Virus record (IMG/VR): IMGVR_UViG_3300047393_000086
Coordinates: 12,992 to 76,991 of that record
Direction: 5' to 3' (one strand)
Source: a virus
Length of the DNA: 64,000 nucleotides
Shown here: positions 38,059 through 48,380 of the stretch, one piece after another
Layout: every line of letters begins with the position of its first letter
How positions within the stretch are numbered: the stretch's first letter is position 1
Translations under genes and position numbers: made by a program
The notes under the pieces: generated by a model
Database searches by the model: none
Seen by the model: only the letters and a program-made list of their open reading frames with translations
What the model was told of the DNA's origin: nothing

Positions 38059-38502
38059 TTAGAATAATCTATTTATATTCTTTTTCTTTAGTACGTTTGT
38101 TTTACGGTCAAGAGTTTCAATTAACTCTTCTTTGAATTTGTTTCCAAGTGATTGGTAGAATTTTGTTGGATTAATGTTAAAATAATCACATAATTCTGAA
38201 AACACTTCGATGATTGAATGGTTTGGTCTTAACTCATCTGAAATAAATTCATAGATCTCGTTAATTTCAATCTTTTTTAATTTGGTGGTTTGATTAAACT
38301 CACTAATATCATTAAAGTGTTTGAATCTTGAAGATTCAATTAGTTCATGAATTTTATCAACAATGATTTTACTTTCAATCTTGTCTTCTTCATCACGATT
38401 ATCTGTGTAACTTGGTGCAATTTCAAATGAAAATGTAGGATCCATTTCAAATTCGCTCTCTTCAAATGTATTGTCGAATATTTTATCTCTTTGTGTTCTC
38501 AT
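38059..38502 (-). CDS. hypothetical protein (possible gp33-like late co-activator)
   Basis: C-terminal helical pattern loosely resembling gp33; weak. Confidence 0.35.
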   Translation of the reverse strand: MRTQRDKIFDNTFEESEFEMDPTFSFEIAPSYTDNRDEEDKIESKIIVDKIHELIESSRFKHFNDISEFNQTTKLKKIEINEIYEFISDELRPNHSIIEVFSELCDYFNINPTKFYQSLGNKFKEELIETLDRKTNVLKKKNINRLF

Positions 38503-39815
38503 TATAAATTGTGTATATTTGAATTTGTAACATCGTCGGTTTCAGTAAGTCTCATGTATTGATAGTTAATGTCTAATCGACATTTTACTCCTTTACCTTC
38601 TCCATCTCTAATTTTTAGTACTTTAAGCCAGTATTCGCTACTTGCTCTCATTAAATCATCTTGAATAATTCCAAGCATTAAATCGGCAGTATGTGAAAGT
38701 CCTGCAGATTCTGCAACGTCTCCCATTCCAATGTCGCTTGAATTATAATTGTTACGATTAATTTGGGTTGCTGTAACAATCAACCAACCATTTCTTACTC
38801 CCATCGCTCTTAAATCTTCGGCAATTTGCTTAATTTTAAGGTACATGTTTTCAGAGTTTGGATTTCTGTAGTTTGCTAAGATGTTAATGTAGTCAATTAC
38901 AATACATCCTAACTTTATTTTTCTTTCCTCTTCAATTTGTTTTAAATAGGCTTCAATATCTAATACAGTTGCTTGTGATGTTGGAAATTGTTTTACAAAT
39001 AACTGTCCTGGTGGAGTTAATCCATCACCAACATTTTCAAGCTTTCTTTTAATTAAATCTTTGTTCTTTGCTTTATCTTCATATTCGCTCATTGGAATTG
39101 TCAATAAATTGGCTCCGATTCTTTTAAGAACTTTATGAGCTGCCATTTCCGCGGAAACAAATGCAGTGTTTACACCCATTTTAACAAAGTTTGCAGCATC
39201 ATTTGCTAAATAAATGGACTTACCAATGTTTTGCTCTCCAACATAAACTACTAATGAACCATCTTTGTCATATCCACCAGAAAGTAATCTGTCAAGAAAC
39301 GAATATCCGCTCGAGATTTTTTGTCTACCTTCTTGATAGTGGTCATCTGCATTAAAGAAATCAAGACCTAGATCTGAATTAAATACAATTGAGTTTCTAT
39401 CATTAATTAAAGTTTTAACTTTAGAGATAATTGACTCAACATTATCGGGATTAACATCAGTTGTTTTAATGTACTCGATAGTATCAATCAGGGTGTTGTC
39501 GAATGTTCGCCATTTAATCCAAGCTTCTGCTGTTGATATTAACCACTCATCGTCATATTGAGTCAGATCAGTGTTGTAAACCATCTCGATGATTGAATCT
39601 TCTACCTTGCCTTTAAATTTAGGACTTTGTACTAAGATTTTCATTTGCTCCGACTTTGGAGTTTCATGAAACTTCTCATGGAACTTAGTCGCTAGGAAAT
39701 GCATTGTATCGATTTCTTCTGATGTGTAGAAGCCTTTATGTATTTTCTCTAAGTACTTTGGTTTTGCCAAAGATAATTTAAAGAATATTTTTTCAAAATC
39801 TTGTCCGAATTTCAT
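38502..39815 (-). CDS. gp41: DnaB-like replicative helicase
   Basis: GEQNIGKS, SAEM, IDYINI, ATQINR, ES.GL..TAD. Confidence 0.92.
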   Translation of the reverse strand: MKFGQDFEKIFFKLSLAKPKYLEKIHKGFYTSEEIDTMHFLATKFHEKFHETPKSEQMKILVQSPKFKGKVEDSIIEMVYNTDLTQYDDEWLISTAEAWIKWRTFDNTLIDTIEYIKTTDVNPDNVESIISKVKTLINDRNSIVFNSDLGLDFFNADDHYQEGRQKISSGYSFLDRLLSGGYDKDGSLVVYVGEQNIGKSIYLANDAANFVKMGVNTAFVSAEMAAHKVLKRIGANLLTIPMSEYEDKAKNKDLIKRKLENVGDGLTPPGQLFVKQFPTSQATVLDIEAYLKQIEEERKIKLGCIVIDYINILANYRNPNSENMYLKIKQIAEDLRAMGVRNGWLIVTATQINRNNYNSSDIGMGDVAESAGLSHTADLMLGIIQDDLMRASSEYWLKVLKIRDGEGKGVKCRLDINYQYMRLTETDDVTNSNIHNL

Positions 39816-39858
39816 TTATTTTTGTTTTTAATTATAGAGAAAAAACCTATTAAGTTTC

Positions 39859-40170
39859 CTATTGAAATGGGTTTATCAATATTTTATAGGCTTCTTTGCC
39901 CTCTTCAAAATTCGTTTGCTCTAATAATCCTAATTGAATTGCTTTCTCTAGTCCCTTTTCTGCATTTTCTACCTTACCACATGAATGATAATTCAATAAC
40001 GAATGTTTAGTAAAATTGTTTCTTGGACGGTCTGGTCTTTTAAGACTTTCAACTACATAAATATGAATAATGTCAAAGGGATCCGGAAAGTTTTCCAACT
40101 CTTCTTGGATCCCTAAAACATATTTTATTGGTAGTTTATCTTCGTTTAGTATCGTAAGATTTACTTCCAT
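39859..40170 (-). CDS. hypothetical protein
   Basis: 103-aa ORF between uvsX and helicase. Confidence 0.6.
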   Translation of the reverse strand: MEVNLTILNEDKLPIKYVLGIQEELENFPDPFDIIHIYVVESLKRPDRPRNNFTKHSLLNYHSCGKVENAEKGLEKAIQLGLLEQTNFEEGKEAYKILINPFQ

Positions 40171-40171
40171 A

Positions 40172-41290
40172 TTATTCCATAGTTAAATCTTGGTCTAATA
40201 GTTCTCCAATTTCATTGTCAATACTATCAAGTTCAGTGTTATAATTAAATAGTGGTTTAATATAAGCGTTGATTGTCTCTAAAACCTCTTTTGTAAATAC
40301 TTTCTCTGTAAAGAATTCAGAGTTTGGTACAACCTCATCTAAATGTTTACAAATCCATCCTCTTGCTGTTGCTTTTGGAGTTTTAACACCTTTCTCAATA
40401 GAACCTCTTGTAATTCCACAAATATCCCATGTAGCATATTGTTCTAATCCAACATAAGGGTTCATACCTTTAGTAAAATCTAAATGGAATTTAATTGGAT
40501 GTGGTTTTGCAAAACGATTCTTATCAGGCTTTGCAGTAACGATGATGCCAACCTTTTCAGCACCGTCCTTCAATTGTGCTTTATTTAACATAAGAACTAT
40601 TGAAGCAGCGTATTCAGGTCCTGTACCACCACCAGCAACTTGACGTGAGATAAAATCTTGAGTCTGATACGTGTGGTTAGTAAATAAGAATGGAATCTTT
40701 AAATCAGCTAATGGAGTCATAATAATTCTAAAGATTGACTTTAAAATTTTTGAACGAGTCATATCTGCCTTTTCACTTCCAGTTGCAGCATCTTCAATTT
40801 CTTTTGCAGTTGCAAGGTTACCAGCTGAATCCAAGATAATCATAATCTTTGGAATCTCTCCGCCTTTTCTTTTAACTTCCTGCATTTTTTGAGTAATTGA
40901 AGTAATTGAAGTTCTAAATTCTTGTACTGTATTTACTGGTTGATAATTGACTTTAGTTGTGTCAATACCAAACTTTAACATTTGATCTTTATCGACTGCA
41001 GCTTCTGAATCATAGTAGATTACGTAGTAACCCATATTAATTGCCTCTCGAACTGAATTCAGTGTCAAGAAAGTTTTACCAGTTCCTGAAGGTCCAGCAA
41101 TAGAACAAGATCTATTATTTGGCCATCCACCGAATAGACTTCCAGATAAACATGCGTTTAAATGAAAGTTTCCAGTATGAATCCATTCAGTAACTTCAGA
41201 GAAGTCTGATTTATCCATAACAGATCCTAGTGGATTTAACCCTGCTAATTCTGAGTTTAGGTCGTCAAATGTAAATTTATTTTTTGCCAT
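40172..41290 (-). CDS. uvsX: RecA-like recombinase
   Basis: GPSGTGKT, YDSE, LDSAGNL, DMTR, TNHTY, GGG.G..YAAS. Confidence 0.92.
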   Translation of the reverse strand: MAKNKFTFDDLNSELAGLNPLGSVMDKSDFSEVTEWIHTGNFHLNACLSGSLFGGWPNNRSCSIAGPSGTGKTFLTLNSVREAINMGYYVIYYDSEAAVDKDQMLKFGIDTTKVNYQPVNTVQEFRTSITSITQKMQEVKRKGGEIPKIMIILDSAGNLATAKEIEDAATGSEKADMTRSKILKSIFRIIMTPLADLKIPFLFTNHTYQTQDFISRQVAGGGTGPEYAASIVLMLNKAQLKDGAEKVGIIVTAKPDKNRFAKPHPIKFHLDFTKGMNPYVGLEQYATWDICGITRGSIEKGVKTPKATARGWICKHLDEVVPNSEFFTEKVFTKEVLETINAYIKPLFNYNTELDSIDNEIGELLDQDLTME

Positions 41291-41468
41291 TTTTAAATTT
41301 TTTTGTTTCAAATTGTCTAAGATCCTCAAGTTCCGTTAGTAGTCCTTGAGTTTCATATTGTATTAATGTCATTTGCTTTTGAAGAGTTTCAAGTCTTTCA
41401 TTGATTCTTTTATAGCTTTGAATGAATCTGTTTTGTTCTTCGCTGATGTTTTCGATGTCTATACTCAT
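41277..41468 (-). CDS. hypothetical small coiled-coil protein
   Basis: 63-aa ORF between pol and uvsX. Confidence 0.55.
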   Translation of the reverse strand: MSIDIENISEEQNRFIQSYKRINERLETLQKQMTLIQYETQGLLTELEDLRQFETKKFKNGKK

Positions 41469-41469
41469 A

Positions 41470-42666
41470 TTAAAATAATGATGTTGAATAAATTAAGTTT
41501 CTATTTAACGTGTGTAATCCAACTGCCGTAAGAACCCTGTTCAATGGATCAATTACACTTTTTTCAAATTGCATTTCATAATCAACTTGAGGTGCAATTT
41601 CATAAGGATGTGCTCCTGGTTGGTATGCAAATATTTCGCAAGTTCCATGTTTACAATGGTACAATTTTAATTTTTCACCATTACCAATCATTTTGTATTT
41701 GTTCTTAAACTTAGGATTCTGATTCATTAAGAAATTATAGAATCCTGCAGCTTTAACATTAGGAGGACATTTTAAACCATACTGAAATTCAATAGTGTCA
41801 TCAACAATATACTTTTCAATATTGTTAGTTCTTTTATTAAAACAAATTTCATCAATACTTGCTAATTGAAATTCTTTCTTACATTGTTTCAAATAATCTA
41901 CTAATCTTTTTAATAAAGACGCTGTAGGTTTTTCTGAAAGAATCAATTTAAGAATCTCAGTTAATTGCTTTCTTGCAAGTGCTGGAGTTGAACTTTGAAT
42001 TGTATCAAATCCAATAGTTTTAACCTTCTTTAATGATGGATATCGATCGTCAATTCCGATTTTATCTTCCCATGCAATATTTTGAAGATACTTTTTCTTA
42101 GCTAACCAAATTCCAGAGTATGCAATAGTTTCTAATTCAAACGTAAGGAAATTCTCGGTATTTGTTGCTTCAGCATATTTTTCCATACACTTAAAGATAT
42201 ATTCTTTAAGTCTAAAGTTATAAAGTTTCATAATGAATTGGTCAATTGATAGCTTTTCTTCAAGCCATTCAATAGATTCATACATCTCTTGAAACTGTAC
42301 GTAACATGAATCGGTATCAATATAGATAACTGAAGGTTTTACCAGCTTGTTTTTAATTTCTATATTGAAATATTCATGAACTGCTTTGTCTTTAATCCAA
42401 AACTCCTGAAAATATTTGTTAAGAATCTTTTCAGAATATAGAATCGCAGATTGACCCTGTAATGTGATTGATTCTGCGATATCTATATTAAAAAAGTGAA
42501 ACCATTTGTTTCCAAATGCGCCGTAAATCGAGTTAAGCATTACTTTTACTGCTTGTTCGTATGCGGTATATTTGGCTGACAACATAGAATAATGCTCAAC
42601 CAAGATTTTAATCTCGTCTTTTGTTAGATCGTCTTCTGGTTTTAGTATTAATTCTTCGATTGTCAT
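41470..42666 (-). CDS. gp43: family B DNA polymerase, C-terminal half (split)
   Basis: Motif B KVMLNSIYG, motif C YIDTDS, KKKY. Confidence 0.9.
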   Translation of the reverse strand: MTIEELILKPEDDLTKDEIKILVEHYSMLSAKYTAYEQAVKVMLNSIYGAFGNKWFHFFNIDIAESITLQGQSAILYSEKILNKYFQEFWIKDKAVHEYFNIEIKNKLVKPSVIYIDTDSCYVQFQEMYESIEWLEEKLSIDQFIMKLYNFRLKEYIFKCMEKYAEATNTENFLTFELETIAYSGIWLAKKKYLQNIAWEDKIGIDDRYPSLKKVKTIGFDTIQSSTPALARKQLTEILKLILSEKPTASLLKRLVDYLKQCKKEFQLASIDEICFNKRTNNIEKYIVDDTIEFQYGLKCPPNVKAAGFYNFLMNQNPKFKNKYKMIGNGEKLKLYHCKHGTCEIFAYQPGAHPYEIAPQVDYEMQFEKSVIDPLNRVLTAVGLHTLNRNLIYSTSLF

Positions 42667-42669
42667 AAT

Positions 42670-43425
42670 TTATTCAGCGGTTTGGCAAGTTGCAATTGTT
42701 AATAATGTTTCAGAATCTTTTGAGCGTAATACTACTCTGTTATCCATAACATTTGCTGAATAATCCTCTTTGTCTAAAAGAGCTAAATATTTTTTGAATA
42801 AGGTAACATCCTTACCGTTTTCTCCTTCGAAACCATCAGTAACTAAGTAGTTGTAAGTTTTACCTTTCATTCTTACACCATCTTTATTAGTAGTGATAGT
42901 GAAAGTCTCTTCTTTGTCTAATCCGAATAGGGAACGAACTTTAGAAGTTGCAGTATAATCCATGTCAAATACATAGTTTGCTGCGTCAATATTAAAGATT
43001 GCTTGGATTTGAGAATCTGTTAAATCTTTGTAACCTAATGAAGGCTCGGAACAAGCTAATTTAATTTCTAACTCATTGTTAAAAATACGGAATTCAGTTG
43101 CTACGAAATCTTCATCATTTTCTACGAATTCAATTTCTGCCTGAACATTACCAAACTCAAACTGCTTAAATGCATCAGTTAAACGAGAAGCATCAAAGAA
43201 AGCGATCTTTAATTCTTTAGTTGTACTAATTGCTCCTTCTTCTAATTGGAATACTTGTCCAACTGGAACTCTGTGATGTTTTACTGCATCTCTTTGTGGA
43301 AGATATGCTGAAGCTTGAATTACTCCATCCTTAATTTTAAAGTAAATGAATGTGTCAATTACTTTAAGTCGATTCACAAAACCGATGAAATTGTTTTGGT
43401 CTACTTTGTCAATGCTAATTTTCAT
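42670..43425 (-). CDS. putative sliding clamp (gp45-like)
   Basis: 251 aa, alternating beta/alpha, acidic; next to polymerase; class-II promoter. Confidence 0.55.
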   Translation of the reverse strand: MKISIDKVDQNNFIGFVNRLKVIDTFIYFKIKDGVIQASAYLPQRDAVKHHRVPVGQVFQLEEGAISTTKELKIAFFDASRLTDAFKQFEFGNVQAEIEFVENDEDFVATEFRIFNNELEIKLACSEPSLGYKDLTDSQIQAIFNIDAANYVFDMDYTATSKVRSLFGLDKEETFTITTNKDGVRMKGKTYNYLVTDGFEGENGKDVTLFKKYLALLDKEDYSANVMDNRVVLRSKDSETLLTIATCQTAE

Positions 43426-43489
43426 GTGCTAATATTTATAAATTTAATTATTTAAGTATTATAAGGGGTATTAGCATTTTGTTTCACAT

Positions 43490-43520
43490 AAAAAAACCTG
43501 CTACAAAGTAACAGGTTTTT
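43490..43520 (-). terminator. intrinsic terminator
   Basis: AAAAACCTG/CAGGTTTTT stem. Confidence 0.7.
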
Positions 43521-43571
43521 GTTGAAACTCTTAAGAGTCGGTCCTCCGATTCTATCCTGAGGAGTGGTTCT

Positions 43572-44000
43572 TTATTTACTTCCTACTGATTTATCTTTAA
43601 ATTTTATATATTTTCTAGCGACCATGAATCTAATAAATTCATAGATGTCTTTTGGAGCTTCTGCGGTACCATTAGAATCCGTAACACTAGCGATCCATTT
43701 ACCGTCTTTAAACTGATAAGTCCATGTTGCGCCTCCGAATTTAGTTGTTAATATACCATCTTGTATTGATTTTTCTTTTACTTGAATACCAAGATCTCTT
43801 AATGCCGATGCAGCATTTGTTAGAATTTCGGTAGAATACTCTGATGCATTTGAAATAACAGTTTGGTTATCTTTCCATTCTGCAGAAGCTCCAGTAGATC
43901 CGCTATATCTTCCAATAGATCTTCCATTTCCTGCTGCGGATTGAAGAGCCATGTCATTGGATTCATCAATAAATTGTTCAAATAGTTTAATGTGTTTCAT
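43572..44000 (-). CDS. MKHIKLFE-family putative internal virion protein
   Basis: N-terminus MKHIKLFEQFIDES. Confidence 0.6.
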   Translation of the reverse strand: MKHIKLFEQFIDESNDMALQSAAGNGRSIGRYSGSTGASAEWKDNQTVISNASEYSTEILTNAASALRDLGIQVKEKSIQDGILTTKFGGATWTYQFKDGKWIASVTDSNGTAEAPKDIYEFIRFMVARKYIKFKDKSVGSK

Positions 44001-44018
44001 AATTTTTTTTGCTTTATA

Positions 44019-44354
44019 TTATTTTTCGTTAGCTCTACACCAGTTAAGTGCATCTTTAACAGTTTCTAATTCTTCGTCATATCCGCTTAAATCATAGATT
44101 CCAAGAATAGTTTCGCCATCATCATTTAAGTAGAATGAAAACTCTTCCATTTCTCCTTCGTGTCTATCTGCTTTTGATTCTAATCCATTTGCAAAATGTA
44201 CAATATGTGGAAATTCTTCATCTTTGTCTAATCCCCAAACTACTTTTTCTACGTTTTTAGCTTTAGATAATTCTTTAAATAATTTAACAAGAATTTCTGG
44301 TTTTGGACTAGAAGCTTCTGTTACAAAATCTTCAAATAATTTAATATGTTTCAT
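44019..44354 (-). CDS. MKHIKLFE-family putative internal virion protein
   Basis: N-terminus MKHIKLFEDFVTEA; late promoter at 44378. Confidence 0.6.
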   Translation of the reverse strand: MKHIKLFEDFVTEASSPKPEILVKLFKELSKAKNVEKVVWGLDKDEEFPHIVHFANGLESKADRHEGEMEEFSFYLNDDGETILGIYDLSGYDEELETVKDALNWCRANEK

Positions 44355-44450
44355 AATTTTATTTATTTTTATTATAGTTATATATCTTTTTAATTTGATA
44401 TGTAAATATAATCAATTAAAACGATCTGGTAAAATTTTTTAGATAAATTT

Positions 44451-45500
44451 TTACCTTTTTTGAAATTTGTTTATATTTTGATTAATTATTTCTCCATTTT
44501 CTATATCAATGGATCTATTAATAACTAAATCTTCTTTCCATTTTTTAGGTTTCATGATAGTATCTAAGTATGGAAGTAATGCACTTGAAATTTCACGAGA
44601 TGCTGCATTCCATAAATATGTTGGTGTATGGTCTACTGAATAGTATGAAATTCCTCTTTCTAATTTAATTATCGGTTCTTCAAAAGAGGTCGGAACTGCA
44701 AAAAAGAATCCCATACCACTATCACAGCTAATATCTATTATTGCTGCATTTTTCTTTAAAGAATCTAATTGTTCTTGAGTTTCAATATAATTTAAGGGTG
44801 CATTGACGTTTTGTAAAATACCGTTAAAAATTATATCGGCATTATTTAGGTCTTTACTAAGATCGTCATTTTTAAAAGATTTATAGTATACATCTGGATT
44901 TTTATCAGCAACTAAATGAGATTCTCTTTGAGTGTATACTATAATATTGTTAAATCCACGACCTTGTAGAGCATATATAGCTCCTCTACTTACTGAACCA
45001 TATCCTAAGATTACTACGTTTTTTCTAGGACCATAATGTCCATCCATTCCTTTCAATTCTAAAAAGTGTAGAACTCCAGCGTATCCTGCTAATTCATTGT
45101 TACGATAGAAAATATGAAGTTTTCCATGCTTATTTTCAATATTCATTTCCTCCCATGCCAACAATGTAAGTTTTTTCCTAATAGCAAGATCCGTAATATC
45201 TCGTTGTTGGACTGCATGAGTCCATCCGCATAATATCCCTCCAAATTTCATTTTTTCAAGATCTGTTGCTATTGGTTTTGGAAGTATAATAATATCGCAA
45301 TTATAAAGAGATTCTCTAGACCCTAAGGTACATCCCCAACTTTCTAGGTCAGCGTCAGTGTATCCATAATCCTCTCCATATCCATGTTCGAAGATTAATT
45401 CTTTAAGTAAAGATGGATCTATATTTTTAATATGATCAGGATAGATTGGTAATCTTTTCTCGTTCTCTTTATACGACGTTTTAAATACTCCTGTCTTCAT
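44451..45500 (-). CDS. ceo: N5-(carboxyethyl)ornithine synthase-like (AlaDh/PNT family)
   Basis: KENEKRLPI.P, EHGYG, GW.H.VQ, NNELAGYAGVLH, GYGSVSRGA, IDISCD, VDHTP; start MKTGVF. Confidence 0.8.
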   Translation of the reverse strand: MKTGVFKTSYKENEKRLPIYPDHIKNIDPSLLKELIFEHGYGEDYGYTDADLESWGCTLGSRESLYNCDIIILPKPIATDLEKMKFGGILCGWTHAVQQRDITDLAIRKKLTLLAWEEMNIENKHGKLHIFYRNNELAGYAGVLHFLELKGMDGHYGPRKNVVILGYGSVSRGAIYALQGRGFNNIIVYTQRESHLVADKNPDVYYKSFKNDDLSKDLNNADIIFNGILQNVNAPLNYIETQEQLDSLKKNAAIIDISCDSGMGFFFAVPTSFEEPIIKLERGISYYSVDHTPTYLWNAASREISSALLPYLDTIMKPKKWKEDLVINRSIDIENGEIINQNINKFQKR

Positions 45501-45504
45501 ATTG

Positions 45505-46596
45505 TTACTTAATATTAAAGAAGTATTTATATCCATCTTTTGCCTTAGGATCTGTTAATACAGTATAATCCATTGGCCATTGAGAAGATTCAATTTCTTT
45601 TTTGAATTTTGGATAGTAATTTTGGTGGCCAGGTACTACATATTTTAAATAAATATCCTCTAAGAATTCGTTGTCTAAAGATTCTCCATAAAAATCTTCG
45701 TACATTGCTTTGTAAACCTCACACATTTTAACACTTCCAAGTCCAGTTGCAGATGATGTTTCCATAATCCACATTTTTCCTTTTTTATCTACAACAATAT
45801 CTAACGCCCATAAATCTAGGTCTAAGAACGTTTTAATATCTTTACAGATTGACATTACATTTTCAATAAATTCAGGATCTACTTTGTTTTGGTCTTGATA
45901 AACATAAGTAAAACTGATTTTCTCTTCTGCTGTTTTTGTTTTAATTGAACGATCGTCCTCAATTCTCGGTACTCTTTCATTAATAACAAAAATCTTGTCT
46001 CTACACAACATTACTCTGTATTCTCTTGCAAAATCTATAAATTGACAGAATAAATCAAATTCGTCTTTGCTATCTTCTAATTCTTTGGCGCTATCAAACT
46101 TTTGAATTCCTAGTCCGCTATGTCCATCTTTTATTTTTGCAATTACTGGAAAACCAACATCTCCATTAATAGCCTCTTCTTTTGTAAAAACAGTATTTGG
46201 AAGCCAGTCAAATTTTGATGATGCTTTTGCAAATTTTACTTTGTCTCCTGAAAGTTGAAGCAATTCTCTTTTATTATAAAGATTGTCATTTTTAATTCCT
46301 TTATTTTTTAAAAACATCTCTGCTTCAGGGTGATTTGGTCCTCCAAATCCTCCATAATAAAGAATTGGTACATCAGAAGGTACCGAAACTTTATCATCTT
46401 CGAAATCTTCTTTTGTTGCGTAATTTAAGAATAGGTTACCTTTTGCGGCAATATTGTATTTCTTTTCGCGGCCATTAACATCACCTGAAGTTGCATGAAT
46501 GTCGTTTGACATCATAATCCATGCTACTTTTTTTGCGTATTTGTTTTTAAGATTTTCTTTGTATACGAATTCTTCAAAAAGCTTAATTGGAATCAT
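45505..46596 (-). CDS. ATP-grasp ligase (RimK-like) with capsid-targeting-like N-terminus
   Basis: DKVKF, P.T, FPVIAK...GHSGLGI, QFID..REYRV, ALDIV.....WIMETSS. Confidence 0.75.
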   Translation of the reverse strand: MIPIKLFEEFVYKENLKNKYAKKVAWIMMSNDIHATSGDVNGREKKYNIAAKGNLFLNYATKEDFEDDKVSVPSDVPILYYGGFGGPNHPEAEMFLKNKGIKNDNLYNKRELLQLSGDKVKFAKASSKFDWLPNTVFTKEEAINGDVGFPVIAKIKDGHSGLGIQKFDSAKELEDSKDEFDLFCQFIDFAREYRVMLCRDKIFVINERVPRIEDDRSIKTKTAEEKISFTYVYQDQNKVDPEFIENVMSICKDIKTFLDLDLWALDIVVDKKGKMWIMETSSATGLGSVKMCEVYKAMYEDFYGESLDNEFLEDIYLKYVVPGHQNYYPKFKKEIESSQWPMDYTVLTDPKAKDGYKYFFNIK

Positions 46597-46641
46597 CTAT
46601 AGTGTATTATATTTCTATTATATATCCATCTTTTTAAACAT

Positions 46642-46673
46642 AAAAAAGCAGGGAGTAGCGAATTCCCTGCTTT
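46642..46673 (-). terminator. intrinsic terminator after nrdA
   Basis: AAAGCAGGGA/TCCCTGCTTT stem followed by a T run. Confidence 0.75.
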
Positions 46674-46731
46674 ACTTTCCGTGAACTAGTCCCGGTCCTA
46701 AAATGCAATCGTATTTCAGATTGCCGTATTT

Positions 46732-48357
46732 TTATCCTTCACAGCTTGAACATTCAAGAATGTCTCTTGCAAATGATTGAGCTGAACTTTGACTAAATTG
46801 ATAGTATAAAGTTTTAATCCCTTCTTCGTGAGCATATAGATATAGTGTATTAATATCTTTAGCTGAAACTGAAGGATGTATCATTAAATTTAACGACTGA
46901 GATTGGTCAATAAAATGTTGTCTTTGAGCCGCTTGTAAAACTATTTCTTTTGGACTGATTTCAACAAATGATTTAAAAACTTCTTTTGTTGGAAAATCTA
47001 AATGTTGAACGCTACCGTCTCTTTTTAAGATTCCTTCCCAAACATCTGGTGTATTTAAACCATATTTTTCAAGTTCTTCAATTAAGAAAGGATTTTTATA
47101 GATAGTTTTCGACTTTGCCAAATCTTTAATAAAATAATTAGACTTGATTGGTTCAATTCCCATACTTACCTGTCCTAAAATAAATGAACTACTTTTCGTT
47201 GGAGCAATTGCAATCAATGTTGTGTTTGCATATCCTGGTCGAATTGATCTATACCCTTTCTCATCATGTAACCATTTTGAAGCTTCTTCGCTCTTTTCTT
47301 TTAATGTTGAAAAGATTTCATGATTTAATTGTTTTGCTTGAAGTGAATCAAACGTAATTAATTTAGATTGAAACAACGAATGATAACCTAAAACTCCAAG
47401 TCCTAATGCTCTATGATCGTTTGCAAATCTCCATGCTCTTTTCATACCAGGCATGTTATATGATTTAAGAATGAATTCATCCATAACCGCGTTTAAGAAC
47501 AAAGTGTAAACTTCAATTGCATCAGTTTCTTTAATTTCATCCCAATGCAATAAGTTAATAGAACCTAAACAACATACAAAAGAATTGAATGAATCTGTTG
47601 GTAATTGAATTTCACTACATAAATTACTTGCAGTAATATCAAGTCCTAATTCTTTGTATGGTGAATTGTTATTTGAGTTATCTTTAAACATGATGTAAGG
47701 AAAACCAAACTCGTTACGTCTTTGAATAACTTTAGCCCAAACTTTACGTTTGTCAGCATCTCCAGCTTTCATTTCGTCTAACCAAGCGTCAGTTACTGTA
47801 ACTCCATATTGTAAATTTTGAATTGGATTACCATCAGTTCCAATGTCTAAAAATTCTAAAATATCACTATGTTCGATTGGTAACCATGCAGCGCATGCTC
47901 CTCTTCTTGCTTCTGATTGTTTACATACATCAACGGTGGTATCGTACATTCTGGCATAATGGACTGGTCCGTCTGCTGTTCCTCCTGTTGAGATTTTAGT
48001 TCCTCTTGCTCTAATGTTTCCTAAAAATACTGAAGTACCTCCTCCGTATTTCGACATCATTCCAATTTCTCTAGAACCATTTAAGATACTATCTAAAGTA
48101 TCATCAACATTGCTTCCATAACAACTAACTGGAAGTCCTTTATCTTTTCCATAATTGATCCAAACTGGAGTTGATAAACTATAAAAACCTCTTGTCATAT
48201 AGTCCTCGAACTTTTTTGCAAACCCTTCAATTTTTAATTGTTTTTCTGCAGTGTTTGCTACATCTTTAATTCGCTGTTCTGGAGATTCTTTAATATAACC
48301 TCTAGATAAAAATGTTCTACTGTCTTCATTTAGCCAGTAATTTTTTGTGTATTCCAT
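46732..48357 (-). CDS. nrdA: ribonucleotide reductase class Ia alpha subunit, no ATP cone
   Basis: PVSC, SNLCSEI, APT.SSS, DQSQSLN, KTLYY, C-terminal CxxC. Confidence 0.95.
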   Translation of the reverse strand: MEYTKNYWLNEDSRTFLSRGYIKESPEQRIKDVANTAEKQLKIEGFAKKFEDYMTRGFYSLSTPVWINYGKDKGLPVSCYGSNVDDTLDSILNGSREIGMMSKYGGGTSVFLGNIRARGTKISTGGTADGPVHYARMYDTTVDVCKQSEARRGACAAWLPIEHSDILEFLDIGTDGNPIQNLQYGVTVTDAWLDEMKAGDADKRKVWAKVIQRRNEFGFPYIMFKDNSNNNSPYKELGLDITASNLCSEIQLPTDSFNSFVCCLGSINLLHWDEIKETDAIEVYTLFLNAVMDEFILKSYNMPGMKRAWRFANDHRALGLGVLGYHSLFQSKLITFDSLQAKQLNHEIFSTLKEKSEEASKWLHDEKGYRSIRPGYANTTLIAIAPTKSSSFILGQVSMGIEPIKSNYFIKDLAKSKTIYKNPFLIEELEKYGLNTPDVWEGILKRDGSVQHLDFPTKEVFKSFVEISPKEIVLQAAQRQHFIDQSQSLNLMIHPSVSAKDINTLYLYAHEEGIKTLYYQFSQSSAQSFARDILECSSCEG

Positions 48358-48380
48358 TTAAGTTCGCTATGTTTTTTAAT

